Shown here: positions 16,796-27,032 of the stretch, in pieces
Numbering within the stretch: position 1 is the stretch's first letter
How the letters are laid out: each line of letters begins with the position of its first letter
Assembly: GCA_007693555.1 (NCBI GenBank)
Contig: REDJ01000106.1
Span: forward strand, 2,496 to 66,495
Origin: Bacteroidota bacterium
GTDB lineage: Bacteria > Bacteroidota > Bacteroidia > Bacteroidales > UBA7960
Reading direction: 5' to 3'
Length of the DNA stretch: 64,000 nt
Position numbers and translations under genes: made by a program
The notes under the pieces: model-generated
The model's database searches: none
The model's input: the letters and a program-made list of their open reading frames with translations, nothing else
What the model was told of the DNA's origin: nothing

Positions 16796-19156
16796 ATGAA
16801 GCCAAGGATACAAACTTTAAGAAAGCAGAGTCTGCAAGCCCGTCCGTCACTGTCGGCTGAGCGGGCATTACTGGTTACCAATTTTTACATGGCTCACAAC
16901 AATCCTTCTGAAGCCCTACCTGTGCAAAGAGCCCGGGCATATGAATATATTCTGAAAAACAAAAGTCTTCACATCGGAAATGATGAGCTGATCGTTGGCG
17001 AACGCGGCCCTAAACCCAAGGCCACCCCGACTTTTCCTGAAATATGCCTTCACTCCCTTGATGATCTGGAGATCATTAATTCGCGACAGAAAGTTTCCTT
17101 TTACGTTGATCAGGAAACCCGCGATGCTTACCATAATATCATCATTCCCTTCTGGAAGGGCAAAACCCAGCGCGACAGACTTTTTGTTGCCATGGATGAT
17201 GATTGGAAACAGGCTTACAAAGCGGGAATTTTCACCGAATTTCAGGAGCAGCGTGCACCCGGACATACCGTGGCCGGGAAAAAAGTATTTCAAACAGGCA
17301 TGCGGGATTGCATCAGCCATATTGAGAAGGTAGAAAAAGAACTACTTAGACAATCTGAAGCACCTGAAAAAACTTCAAAACTGGCCCAACTGGAAGCCAT
17401 GCGCATTAGCACTGAGGCTATCATTGCCTTTGCCCGTCGACATGCTGTAGCATTGGAAAACCTGATTCCAGCGGAAACCGACCTGCACCGCCAGGATGAA
17501 CTGGCCGAAATGATTACCATTTGCCGTCGGGTGCCGGAACATGCCCCCCGCAACTTCCACGAAGCCCTTCAGCATTACTGGTTTATACACCTGGGAGTAA
17601 TTACTGAGCTTAACCCCTGGGACTCCTTCTGCCCCGGCCGTCTTGACCAGAATTTGTATCCCTTTTACAGGGAAGATATTGATAGGGGAATATTATCACA
17701 AGAAAGAGCCCGCGAACTACTTCAGGCATTCTGGATTAAATTCAATAACCATCCATCACCACCCAAGATGGGTGTAACAGCCAGGGAAAGTAACACATAT
17801 ACTGACTTCAGCCTGATCAACCTGGGAGGTCTTAAAGATGATGGTTCCAATGCCGTAAATGAATTGTCGTTTCTGATTCTGGATGTAATTGAGGAAATGC
17901 GTCTGCTGCAACCCAGCTCTATGGTGCAGATCAGCAGTAAAAATCCCGACAGTTTTGTGAAAAGGGCATTGCAAATTACCAGAACCGGTTTTGGACAACC
18001 CTCTTTCTTTAATACCGATGTCATTATTCAGCAACTGCTCAGCCAGGGGAAATCTCTGAAAGATGCCCGTAATGGCGGTGCATCAGGCTGTGTTGAAACT
18101 GGTGCTTTCGGTACGGAAGCCTATACCCTGTCGGGTTATTTTAACCTGAACAAGGTGCTTGAAATTTCACTGCATAAGGGAATCAATCCCGAAACCGGCG
18201 AAATTACCGGGTTGCGCACTGATGAAGACCCCGGCAACATGGAAGCTCTGTACCACCAGTTCGAAAAACAGCTTCAGCATTTTATTGACATCAAAATAAA
18301 AGGCAATAACATCATTGAGGAACTTTATGCAAAACATTTGCCCGTGCCTTTCCTGTCATTGATTGTGGATGACTGCATTACCAATGCGGGCGATTACAAT
18401 GCCGGTGGTGCACGCTACAATACCAGCTACATTCAGGGTGTGGGGCTGGGTTCCGTAACTGATAATCTTTCGTCCATTAAGAAATGGGTTTACGATGAAA
18501 AGCTTTTGAGCCTGGAAAAGCTGAGGGATATTCTGGCTAAGAATTTCGATGGCTACGAAGAGTTGCGTCACAATTTGTTTTACGCTACCCCCCGCTGGGG
18601 AAATAATGTTGAGCAGGCTGATCATTTCGCCGTGCAGGTCTTCAATAGCTTTTACAATGCAGTAAATGGCCGGCCATCATATCGTGGGGGTGTATTTCGC
18701 ATCAATATGCTGCCCACTACCTGTCATGTGTATTTTGGCGAGCGTATCGGGGCCATGCCCGATGGCCGTCTGGCAGGAGAACCACTCAGCGAGGGTATCA
18801 GCCCCGTGCAGGGGTGCGATATTAACGGCCCTACTGCCGTAATTCTTTCTGCTGCCAAAATTGACCATATAAAAACCGGGGGTACCTTGCTCAACCAGAA
18901 ATTTGCCCCGCAATTCTTTAAAAACGATGAAGCCCTGCAAAAGCTATGCAGTTACATCCGCACATGGTTCAAACTCAAAGGGCATCATATTCAGTTCAAT
19001 GTTGTTAATGCCGAAACTTTGAAAGATGCGCAAAAGCATCCCGAAAAACATCGCGACCTTATTGTCAGGGTGGCCGGCTATTCCGATTATTTCAACGACC
19101 TGGGCAAAAGCCTTCAGAATGAAATCATCAAAAGAACACAGCACGGTAATTTCTGA
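16796..19156 (+). CDS. glycyl-radical enzyme, PFL2/dehydratase-lyase clade (possibly trans-4-hydroxy-L-proline dehydratase-like)
   Basis: C-terminal glycyl-radical motif LIVRVAGYSDYFNDL. The Cys loop is SGCVETG (single Cys with Glu two residues later, as in eliminating GREs and unlike the PFL Cys-Cys). Its 786-aa length and motifs such as FTEFQEQRAPGHTV and PGRLDQ recall HypD as I remember it. Confidence 0.85.
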   Translation: MKPRIQTLRKQSLQARPSLSAERALLVTNFYMAHNNPSEALPVQRARAYEYILKNKSLHIGNDELIVGERGPKPKATPTFPEICLHSLDDLEIINSRQKVSFYVDQETRDAYHNIIIPFWKGKTQRDRLFVAMDDDWKQAYKAGIFTEFQEQRAPGHTVAGKKVFQTGMRDCISHIEKVEKELLRQSEAPEKTSKLAQLEAMRISTEAIIAFARRHAVALENLIPAETDLHRQDELAEMITICRRVPEHAPRNFHEALQHYWFIHLGVITELNPWDSFCPGRLDQNLYPFYREDIDRGILSQERARELLQAFWIKFNNHPSPPKMGVTARESNTYTDFSLINLGGLKDDGSNAVNELSFLILDVIEEMRLLQPSSMVQISSKNPDSFVKRALQITRTGFGQPSFFNTDVIIQQLLSQGKSLKDARNGGASGCVETGAFGTEAYTLSGYFNLNKVLEISLHKGINPETGEITGLRTDEDPGNMEALYHQFEKQLQHFIDIKIKGNNIIEELYAKHLPVPFLSLIVDDCITNAGDYNAGGARYNTSYIQGVGLGSVTDNLSSIKKWVYDEKLLSLEKLRDILAKNFDGYEELRHNLFYATPRWGNNVEQADHFAVQVFNSFYNAVNGRPSYRGGVFRINMLPTTCHVYFGERIGAMPDGRLAGEPLSEGISPVQGCDINGPTAVILSAAKIDHIKTGGTLLNQKFAPQFFKNDEALQKLCSYIRTWFKLKGHHIQFNVVNAETLKDAQKHPEKHRDLIVRVAGYSDYFNDLGKSLQNEIIKRTQHGNF

Positions 19157-19220
19157 AAACACAAAGCAACCCTGTGGGTATTTCCTTCGGGGGAAAGGCA
19201 AAATTGTCGGGGCCAATCAT

Positions 19221-19228
19221 TATCTTTG
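19221..19228 (+). promoter_or_regulatory. candidate -7 box TATCTTTG for polA
   Basis: TAnnTTTG match 26 nt upstream of the ATG at 19254. Confidence 0.4.
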
Positions 19229-19253
19229 ACTTCTCAATTAAAGAAGAAGTCTT

Positions 19254-22058
19254 ATGTCAGAAAAGAAGAAATTGTTTTTGCTGGATGCCATGGCCCTGAT
19301 TTACCGGGCCTATTTTGCCCTGAACAGAAATCCCCGGGTAAACTCCAAAGGACTGAATACCTCTGCGGTGCTCGGATTTGCCAATACCTTACTGGAAGTG
19401 CTCAAAAATGAAAAACCTACGCATATCGCTGTGGCATTCGATGCATTTGCACCCACAAACCGACAAACCGACTTTGCCGCCTACAAAGCAAACCGCGAAG
19501 ATACTCCTGAAGATATCGTAACATCCATTCCGTATATCAAAAAACTCATTGAAGGTTTTAATATCCCCATTCTGGAACTGGCCGGCTACGAAGCTGACGA
19601 CATAGTCGGAACACTTGCCAAACGAGCAGAAAAGGATGGTTTTACAGTATACATGATGACATCCGATAAGGACTTCGGGCAGCTGGTTTCCGAAAATATT
19701 TTTATGTATAAGCCTGCCCGCATGGGCAATGGAGCCGAGGTTCTGGGAGTAAAAGAAATTTGCGAAAAATTCGGGATTGAAAGACCGGAGCAACTTATTG
19801 ATATTCTTGGCCTGTGGGGCGACTCTTCCGACAATATTCCCGGTGTGCCCGGTATTGGTGAGAAAAAAGCCAAAAAACTCATTGCCGAGTTTGGCTCCGT
19901 TGAAAATCTCCTGGAAAATGTGGATAAAGTTGCTGAAAACCGCAGCCGCGAAAGTCTCAAAGAAAACGCAGAACAGGCATTGATGTCAAAAAGTCTGGCT
20001 ACCATTATTCTTGATGTACCCGTTGAGTGGGATGAAGACCTTTTCAAAATCACAGACCCTGATCCCGATATCCTGATTCCGCTTTTTGATGAACTCGAAT
20101 TTCGCACCTATGCCAAAAGGGTTTTTGAGCATATTAAAGAGGAAGCTCCCAAAGCCATGCCCTCAAAAGCACAAATGCAGGGCCAAATGGATCTTTTTGC
20201 CGGTACCGATGCCCTTAAAGATCCTGTGCAACAGGCTCAGGAAAAGAAGGAACAGCTCATGAAGGATAATGATTACAAGGCTGTTGAAAAAGAAGATGAT
20301 ATCAAAAAACTGGTTGACAAACTCAAAAAGGCCGGTTCATTTTGCTTTGATACCGAAACCACAGGCCTTGATATAATTGATGCGGAACTTGTTGGAATTG
20401 CATTTTGCATAAAACCCGGTGAAGCCTGGTATGTGCCTTTCCCGGAAGATCAGCAAAAAGCTGAAAAGCTGGCCCTGGAGTTTAAAGATATCCTTGAAGA
20501 TCCTAAAATTGAAAAAACCGGTCAGAACCTCAAGTTTGACATCGGTGTATTGAAAAATTATGATATCCATGTAAAAGGCAAACTGTTTGATACCATGTTG
20601 GCTCATTACCTTTTGCAGCCCGATATGCGTCACAATATGGATGTGCTGGCCGAGACCTACCTCGATTACAGGCCCATGAGCATTGAATCACTCATTGGCA
20701 AAAAAGGAAAGAATCAGAAAAGCATGCGCGGTGTTCCGCTCGATACAATTACTGCATATGCATGCGAAGATGCCGATGTAACCCAGCAACTCAGGGAGGT
20801 ATTTGAACCCATGCTCAAAGAAAACAAACTTACAAAGCTTTTTGATGAAATGGAAACTCCGCTCATTTATGTTCTGGCGGATATGGAAAGCCATGGTGTG
20901 AAAATAGACACTGAAGCACTTGAAGATTATTCCCTGAAACTTCAGAAAGACATTGAGTTAATAGAAGAAGAAATTTACAATCTGGCGGGAGTCAAATTCA
21001 ACATTGGTTCTCCCAAGCAACTGGGTGACATTTTGTTTGACAAGCTCAAAATAACTGAAAAGGCTAAAAAGACAAAGACCAAACAATACAGCACCAGCGA
21101 AGATGTGCTTTCTAAGCTGGTTGACAAACATGAAATAGTTTCGAAAATTCTCGACTACAGATCGCTCACCAAGCTTAAGTCAACTTACGTTGATGTATTT
21201 CCAAGGCTCATAAGTGAAAAAACCGGGCGATTGCATGCTTCATTCAATCAAACGGTAGCTGCAACAGGCCGGCTTTCATCCAACAATCCCAACCTCCAGA
21301 ATATCCCCATCCGCACAGAACAGGGCAGAGAAATCCGAAAAGCATTTGTACCGGGCAACAAGAGCAATTTACTGCTGGCTGCCGACTACTCGCAGATCGA
21401 GTTGCGCATTATTGCTTCGCTAAGTAAGGATAAGGCCATGATTGATGCTTTTAAGAAGGGACTTGATATTCATGCTGCCACTGCCGCCAAAGTATTTGGT
21501 GTTGAACTGGAAGATGTGGATAAAGAAATGCGCCGTAAAGCAAAAACCGTAAACTTTGGAATTGTTTACGGAATATCTGCATTCGGTTTGTCGGATAGGC
21601 TCAATATTGCCAGGGGAGAAGCTTTTGAGATCATTGAAAACTATTTTGCCCAGTATCCAGGTATCAAACAATATATGGACGATACTATTGCCTTCGCCCG
21701 TAAACATCAATATGTAGAAACCATAATGGGCCGCCGGCGCTATATCAATGACATTAACAGCTCCAACGGAGCAGTAAGAGGTTATGCTGAGCGAAATGCT
21801 ATCAACTCCCCCATCCAGGGATCTGCAGCCGATATGATTAAACTTGCCATGATTGGCATTTATAAGGAAATGCAAAAAAAGAAACTCAAATCCCGAATGA
21901 TATTACAGGTACATGACGAACTTGTTTTTGATGTGGTGAAAAAGGAACTGGATGAGTTGCAAAAAATCGTAGAACATCATATGAAAAACGCAATAAAACT
22001 GGATATTGACCTTTTGGTGGACATGAATACAGGCTCAAACTGGCTTGAAGCGCATTGA
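19254..22058 (+). CDS. polA: DNA polymerase I
   Basis: It has a 5' nuclease domain (LLDAMALIYRAYFA, GVPGIGEKKA), a 3'-5' exonuclease domain (FCFDTETTGL) and polymerase motifs (DYSQIELRI, RRKAKTVNFGIVYG, QVHDELVF). Confidence 0.97.
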   Translation: MSEKKKLFLLDAMALIYRAYFALNRNPRVNSKGLNTSAVLGFANTLLEVLKNEKPTHIAVAFDAFAPTNRQTDFAAYKANREDTPEDIVTSIPYIKKLIEGFNIPILELAGYEADDIVGTLAKRAEKDGFTVYMMTSDKDFGQLVSENIFMYKPARMGNGAEVLGVKEICEKFGIERPEQLIDILGLWGDSSDNIPGVPGIGEKKAKKLIAEFGSVENLLENVDKVAENRSRESLKENAEQALMSKSLATIILDVPVEWDEDLFKITDPDPDILIPLFDELEFRTYAKRVFEHIKEEAPKAMPSKAQMQGQMDLFAGTDALKDPVQQAQEKKEQLMKDNDYKAVEKEDDIKKLVDKLKKAGSFCFDTETTGLDIIDAELVGIAFCIKPGEAWYVPFPEDQQKAEKLALEFKDILEDPKIEKTGQNLKFDIGVLKNYDIHVKGKLFDTMLAHYLLQPDMRHNMDVLAETYLDYRPMSIESLIGKKGKNQKSMRGVPLDTITAYACEDADVTQQLREVFEPMLKENKLTKLFDEMETPLIYVLADMESHGVKIDTEALEDYSLKLQKDIELIEEEIYNLAGVKFNIGSPKQLGDILFDKLKITEKAKKTKTKQYSTSEDVLSKLVDKHEIVSKILDYRSLTKLKSTYVDVFPRLISEKTGRLHASFNQTVAATGRLSSNNPNLQNIPIRTEQGREIRKAFVPGNKSNLLLAADYSQIELRIIASLSKDKAMIDAFKKGLDIHAATAAKVFGVELEDVDKEMRRKAKTVNFGIVYGISAFGLSDRLNIARGEAFEIIENYFAQYPGIKQYMDDTIAFARKHQYVETIMGRRRYINDINSSNGAVRGYAERNAINSPIQGSAADMIKLAMIGIYKEMQKKKLKSRMILQVHDELVFDVVKKELDELQKIVEHHMKNAIKLDIDLLVDMNTGSNWLEAH

Positions 22059-22083
22059 TGATCTAAAGGACCTCTAAAAATCA

Positions 22084-22119
22084 AAGCCCGTCTCTGTTAA
22101 AGAAACGGGCTTGATTTTT
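22084..22119. terminator. bidirectional rho-independent terminator between polA and the mltF-like gene
   Basis: The stem aagcccgt / acgggctt has a 13-nt loop. It is T-rich on the plus side (gattttt) and A-rich upstream (aaaaatc), which gives a U-run on the minus strand. Confidence 0.65.
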
Positions 22120-22145
22120 AACGGTTAAAGAAAAATTCGCATTTA

Positions 22146-23660
22146 TCAGCTATCCAGCGCGTTTTTATAATGTTCAAACCTTTCAAGAATTTCCGTTACA
22201 TAATGAAACGGTTCAGAACCTCTTGCATAACCATGCTGAACTACCGGGTCAAGGTAATATTTTGGCTTGGATTTGTTAAGCACAAAATAGTCTACATTAT
22301 CTTTCCAGATATCAGGGTCTCTTCCGTATTTTACCGCAAGCCTCCTGGCATCAAGCACGTGGCCGATACCTACATTGTAAGATGCCAGTATAAATTTTAT
22401 ACGTTCTTCCTCATCCTCAATGATATTTTGAAGACGGCTGTCAATCCAGTTGAGGTATCTGATACCCGCAATGATATTGTCTACCGGTGATGAGTATTCA
22501 TCAACTTTATACATGGCAGCAGTATTAGGCATAAGTTGCATGATACCAAAAGCACCTGCCCATGACACTGCATCATGGTTGAAGCGCGATTCCTGAAAAG
22601 CCAGAGATGCAATCAGGCGCCAATCCCATCCGATAATATCTGCAAATCGCTTGAAATAATCATCGTAAATGGATATTCTGCCACCACCAAGTGAATGATA
22701 TTGACTTCGCGCCATGTGAGAACTGCGGGGATTCCGGAAATACTTTGCATACAGGTTGGCATACTGGCGGGTTTGTACAAAATCTCTCATCCATTCGTCA
22801 ATTGCCTCTTTTAGCAGAGGTGTGTCATGACGAACGGCCCATGAAAGATTTTGAGAGAAACTCAATGGTGTATTTATATCTATATTGGCATAATAGGTTT
22901 GGTTTACCCTGGCCACGTGTTCATCGCTTACTGTAAAGGCTATTTCACCGTTGGCAACTCTTTCTATCAACTGTTCAGTTTCCTGATCCACCTGAACAAT
23001 GTAAATAGTATCGCCAATTTCTTCCATAAGATTTTTAAGTCTCAAAAGATGTGCGGAATTTTTCTGCACATAAATAGTTTTACCGGCCAGATCGAGTTGA
23101 TTACGTACAAGGTAGTCCTCTACCTCCGATGAACGCATGTTATACCAGTTATTGGGCCTGCGCTGTACAAGCACCTGACGGGTTTGACTGTGGGGAGCGG
23201 TAAAAGCCAGTTTACCCCGACGACTGCGGGTAACAGTAAGATCCATGGCAATGACATTGCACTCACCATCTGCAAGCAAGCATTCAAAATTTTCATTCAG
23301 GTCGTTAGACACAAATACTTCAAGTTCAACACCAATATGACGGGCAAACATTTTCAATAGTTCAAGATGAAAGCCCATGGGTTGACCACGATATACGAAG
23401 TAATTGGTGGAGTTATAATCAGTTGTTGCTTTGAGCACCCCGCGTTCAAGGATAGCGGGCAGATCATTCAGATTTTCTTTCTCCTCTAAAACAACCTCCT
23501 CAATAACCACAGACCTGTTAGTTAAAATCAAGCCACTAAAAATGATGAGGGGGATTGCAACAACCAGAAGAAATTTTACAATTCGTTGTTGTCTCATGAT
23601 ATTTAAATTTTGCCTGAGCAAATAAGCCGGCAAAGGTACAAAAAAAATTAACTTGTACAA
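22146..23660 (-). CDS. lytic murein transglycosylase, MltF-like (solute-binding domain + SLT domain)
   Basis: The C-terminus carries the SLT catalytic region (LAFQESRFNHDAVSWAGAFGIMQLMP... YNVGIGHV). The N-terminal part resembles periplasmic binding protein family 3. An alternative start is MRQQRIV at 23597. Confidence 0.85.
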   Translation of the reverse strand: MYKLIFFVPLPAYLLRQNLNIMRQQRIVKFLLVVAIPLIIFSGLILTNRSVVIEEVVLEEKENLNDLPAILERGVLKATTDYNSTNYFVYRGQPMGFHLELLKMFARHIGVELEVFVSNDLNENFECLLADGECNVIAMDLTVTRSRRGKLAFTAPHSQTRQVLVQRRPNNWYNMRSSEVEDYLVRNQLDLAGKTIYVQKNSAHLLRLKNLMEEIGDTIYIVQVDQETEQLIERVANGEIAFTVSDEHVARVNQTYYANIDINTPLSFSQNLSWAVRHDTPLLKEAIDEWMRDFVQTRQYANLYAKYFRNPRSSHMARSQYHSLGGGRISIYDDYFKRFADIIGWDWRLIASLAFQESRFNHDAVSWAGAFGIMQLMPNTAAMYKVDEYSSPVDNIIAGIRYLNWIDSRLQNIIEDEEERIKFILASYNVGIGHVLDARRLAVKYGRDPDIWKDNVDYFVLNKSKPKYYLDPVVQHGYARGSEPFHYVTEILERFEHYKNALDS

Positions 23661-24020
23661 GTTTGCTCTCTCAGGCAGTATTTATTTTGCAAATATAACT
23701 ATAAAACACTAGAATTGTTATACTAATTAAACTTTTTTACCAACACATCAAACGTTTGCGGAATTAAAAATCAATCCTGTCACGCATTTCCTAACGTCAG
23801 ATTTTGTTTATAACTTTTCTTTTTTTCGTTTTTTTTTAATAAAATTTGTTAAATAATTTCATTTTTGCGGAAAATACTTAGGGTCTTTTCATGCATTTTT
23901 TTACTGCAAAAATCCAAAACCTGTCATTATCTCTTTTTTAACAGGTCAACACTAACAATCATATCCCCCCGAATTGTTCATAATATTGATTAAATAATTT
24001 AGTTTTAGTGGAATTGTTGG

Positions 24021-24028
24021 TACTTTTG
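24021..24028 (+). promoter_or_regulatory. candidate -7 box TACTTTTG for holB
   Basis: TAnnTTTG match 24 nt upstream of the ATG at 24052. Confidence 0.4.
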
Positions 24029-24051
24029 GAAATTCAACAAACAAGAGTTTT

Positions 24052-25185
24052 ATGTACTTCAGAGACATCGTCGGACAAGAAGAGATAAAGAAAAAACTTA
24101 TCGGTAATATAAAAAACAACAGGGTAAGTCATGCACAGCTGTTTCTGGGTCCTGAGGGTTGCGGCAAACTGGCTCTGGCCATTGCCTACGCACGTTATTT
24201 GTCTTGCACAGAGCCACAGCCAACTGATGCCTGTGGAGTTTGCCCGTCTTGCATCAAATATAACAAGTTGACTCATCCGGATGTAAATTTCTTTTATCCC
24301 ATAGCATCTAAAAAACAAGGTGACAACCCTGCAATAAGTAAAGATTATGCCGCCCAATGGCGCAGTTACCTTGAGAAATCTCCTTATGTAAGTCTCAATG
24401 ACTGGTATAAAGAAATTGATATAGAAAATAAACAGGGATACATAAATGCGAGGGACTGCGGAGAAATTGTGAGGGTTTTAAGCTATAAAACCTATGAAAG
24501 CAACTTTAAGATCATTATCATGTGGATGATTGAAAGACTCTACTACGCAGCGGCACCCAAATTACTCAAAACACTGGAAGAACCACCTGAAAACACTTTA
24601 TTTTTACTTGTGAGTGAAAACCAGGAGCAAATCATCAATACTATTTTATCACGAACCCAGATCGTTAAAATACCCAGGCTTAAAGACCATGAAATAAGGG
24701 ATGGACTTATAGAACAATACAATTGCGAACCGCATCAGGCTGACCAGATTGCATTCTTATCCGATGGCAACTTCTATGATGCCTTGGCATTATTGGAAAA
24801 CAAAGGAGAATATGAAAACAACACTGTTTTCCTAAGGGAATGGTTAAGAGAATGTTATGCTTTTAATGCGGAAAAAATCATGAAAAGCGTGGATATATTG
24901 GCTAAAATGGGAAGAGAAAAACAAAAAACATTGCTTGCACTGGCTCTTGAGGTATTCAGACAGTGCACCCTTTTAAATTATCATGCCAATAATCTTGTAA
25001 AAGTCCATCCTGAATTCATGGATTTTATCAAAAAATTTTCCACTGTTCTCAAACCTGATATTGCCCATGCCATGAGCGAGGAATTTTCCAAAGCCATTTT
25101 TCATGTGGAAAGAAATGCCAATCCAAAAATATTATTTACAGACCTTTCTCTGAGGGCAAGCCTTATTATGAAAGAGAAGAAATAA
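24052..25185 (+). CDS. holB: DNA polymerase III delta-prime subunit
   Basis: HAQLFLGPEGCGKLALA (degenerate P-loop), a Zn module (CTEPQPTDACGVCPSC), KLLKTLEEPP and the SRTQ sensor motif. Confidence 0.8.
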   Translation: MYFRDIVGQEEIKKKLIGNIKNNRVSHAQLFLGPEGCGKLALAIAYARYLSCTEPQPTDACGVCPSCIKYNKLTHPDVNFFYPIASKKQGDNPAISKDYAAQWRSYLEKSPYVSLNDWYKEIDIENKQGYINARDCGEIVRVLSYKTYESNFKIIIMWMIERLYYAAAPKLLKTLEEPPENTLFLLVSENQEQIINTILSRTQIVKIPRLKDHEIRDGLIEQYNCEPHQADQIAFLSDGNFYDALALLENKGEYENNTVFLREWLRECYAFNAEKIMKSVDILAKMGREKQKTLLALALEVFRQCTLLNYHANNLVKVHPEFMDFIKKFSTVLKPDIAHAMSEEFSKAIFHVERNANPKILFTDLSLRASLIMKEKK

Positions 25186-25190
25186 TATAA

Positions 25191-26375
25191 TTGATTAATT
25201 TTGTAAGCTCAATAAATAAATTAGAATTGGAAAAAAATAACTTTATATCCAGGGGTTGCCGATGCGCACCTCGTCCCAACACTACACGTCAGGAAGAATT
25301 ACATGCTCACTCCTGCACAAAGCTCAATGTTTTCAACTGGCTCGATAATATAAAACCGCCAAAAAGTTATCCTTCTTTGGATATTGTTGAAGTACGGTTT
25401 AAAAACAGCCGTAAGGATTTTTTTAAAGTACCTGAAGATTTGACACTTGAAGAGGGTGATATTGTGGCTGTTGAAGCCTCACCGGGGCACGACATAGGTA
25501 TTGTGACAATAGCCGGCGAAATTGTTAACCTGCAACTGAAAAAGAAAAAAACAGATTATCGGACAACTGAGTTTAAAAAGGTATACCGAAAAGCCAAGGT
25601 TTCGGACATTGAAAAATGGGTGGCTGCGGTTGAGCTGGAAGAGCAAACTATGCATGGCTCAAGGGAAACTGCATCAGACCTGAATCTTCAAATGAAGATC
25701 AGTGATGTGGAATACCAGGGTGACAAAACAAAAGCCATCTTTTATTATACAGCTGATGAACGTGTTGATTTTCGTGAACTTATAAAAGTGCTTGCTGAGA
25801 AATTCAATGTCAGGATTGAAATGCGCCAGATAGGCATGCGTCAGGAAGCAAGCAGGCTGGGTGGCATCGGTTCATGCGGCAGAGAGCTATGTTGTGCTAC
25901 CTGGCTTACAAATTTCCGTTCGGTGTCTACCAATGCTGCCCGAACACAGCAACTTTCGCTTAATCCCCAAAAACTGGCCGGGCAATGCTCCAAACTGAAA
26001 TGTTGCATCAACTACGAAAATGATTGTTATCTTGATGCCCTGAAAGATTATCCGGATACTGAAGTGTTGCTGGAAACAAAAAAAGGGAAAGCTTTTCATC
26101 AGAAAACCGACATCCTGAGAAATATCATGTGGTATTCATACCAGGATAATCCATCTAACTTTGTAAATCTCACACTGGAGCGGGTTAAAGAAATTCAGGA
26201 CCTTAACCGAAAAAAGATAGTCCCCGATGAACTTAGGCCCGATGATTCGTCTGAAACAGCTATAACCCAGGAACAAGGCAAAGGTTATGAAGAAGACAGT
26301 CTTACCAGGTTTGATAAACAAAAGTCCGGTGATAAGAAGAAGAAAAGAAGAAATAAGTCAAGAAAAAAAAGATAG
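25191..26375 (+). CDS. PSP1 domain protein (RicT/YaaT-like) with lysine-rich tail
   Basis: The PSP1 core (IFYYTADERVDFRELIKVLAEKFNVRIEMRQIG) is followed by a Cys-rich region (GSCGRELCC ... CSKLKCC). The position downstream of holB is conserved. The start is a TTG in the ORF track, so the exact start is uncertain. Confidence 0.8.
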   Translation: MINFVSSINKLELEKNNFISRGCRCAPRPNTTRQEELHAHSCTKLNVFNWLDNIKPPKSYPSLDIVEVRFKNSRKDFFKVPEDLTLEEGDIVAVEASPGHDIGIVTIAGEIVNLQLKKKKTDYRTTEFKKVYRKAKVSDIEKWVAAVELEEQTMHGSRETASDLNLQMKISDVEYQGDKTKAIFYYTADERVDFRELIKVLAEKFNVRIEMRQIGMRQEASRLGGIGSCGRELCCATWLTNFRSVSTNAARTQQLSLNPQKLAGQCSKLKCCINYENDCYLDALKDYPDTEVLLETKKGKAFHQKTDILRNIMWYSYQDNPSNFVNLTLERVKEIQDLNRKKIVPDELRPDDSSETAITQEQGKGYEEDSLTRFDKQKSGDKKKKRRNKSRKKR

Positions 26376-26510
26376 AAACCTAAGTTTTATGTTAATTCTT
26401 TTACAGAATAGTCTGTAGATTGTTAGTGTTTTTTAAAAAAATGTTAGCTTTTTGTTTAATAAATAAATCGAGGTAATTTAATCAAAGACCATACGTTAAA
26501 TAATAAAACC

Positions 26511-26987
26511 ATGTTTTTAAAGAATATAAATTTTAAATCATTACTTTTTGGCGGCTTTGTAATTATTTTAATTGCCTGCAATCCTGACGTGGTTTTTGAA
26601 AAAAATGAAAATATTAACAGCAACGGATGGCATTACCAGGATAAAATAACATTTTATCATAATTTTTCTGATACAACAATTCTATACGATATCTTTCTGA
26701 ATGTCAGAAACAATATAGAATATCCATACAGCAATTTTATCGTGTTTTTTGAAACTGAATTCCCTGATGGAAGAATTTTTCGCGATACCATTGAGACAAT
26801 CCTTGCCGATCGTACCGGAAAATGGACGGGAAGAGGATTTGGCAATATAAAATCAAACAGTTTTCATTTTCGCCGTGATGTTTGGTTTCCACAGGAAGGA
26901 GATTATTCTTTTACCATTGAGCATGCCATGCGTGAAGAATATTTAAAGGGCATAACAGATATTGGGATTCGTATTGAGAGGAAATAA
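26511..26987 (+). CDS. gldH: gliding motility lipoprotein GldH
   Basis: 158 aa with lipobox LIAC. LNVRNNIEYPYSNFIVFFETEFPDG and the C-terminal GITDIGIRIER match my recollection of the GldH family. The holB-PSP1-gldH-PBP1A synteny is typical of Bacteroidota. Confidence 0.75.
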   Translation: MFLKNINFKSLLFGGFVIILIACNPDVVFEKNENINSNGWHYQDKITFYHNFSDTTILYDIFLNVRNNIEYPYSNFIVFFETEFPDGRIFRDTIETILADRTGKWTGRGFGNIKSNSFHFRRDVWFPQEGDYSFTIEHAMREEYLKGITDIGIRIERK

Positions 26988-27032
26988 ATACCTGTTTTTT
27001 GCGTTACAAAAAGCATTTAAAACTAAATTAAA

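Noticed and set aside
23661-24051. 390-nt AT-rich non-coding gap between the mltF-like gene and holB, checked for small ORFs or an RNA gene.
   Set aside because: It holds only poly-T/poly-A tracts, short weak hairpins and candidate divergent promoter boxes (23690-23697 and 24021-24028). Nothing there can be supported as a gene from sequence alone.
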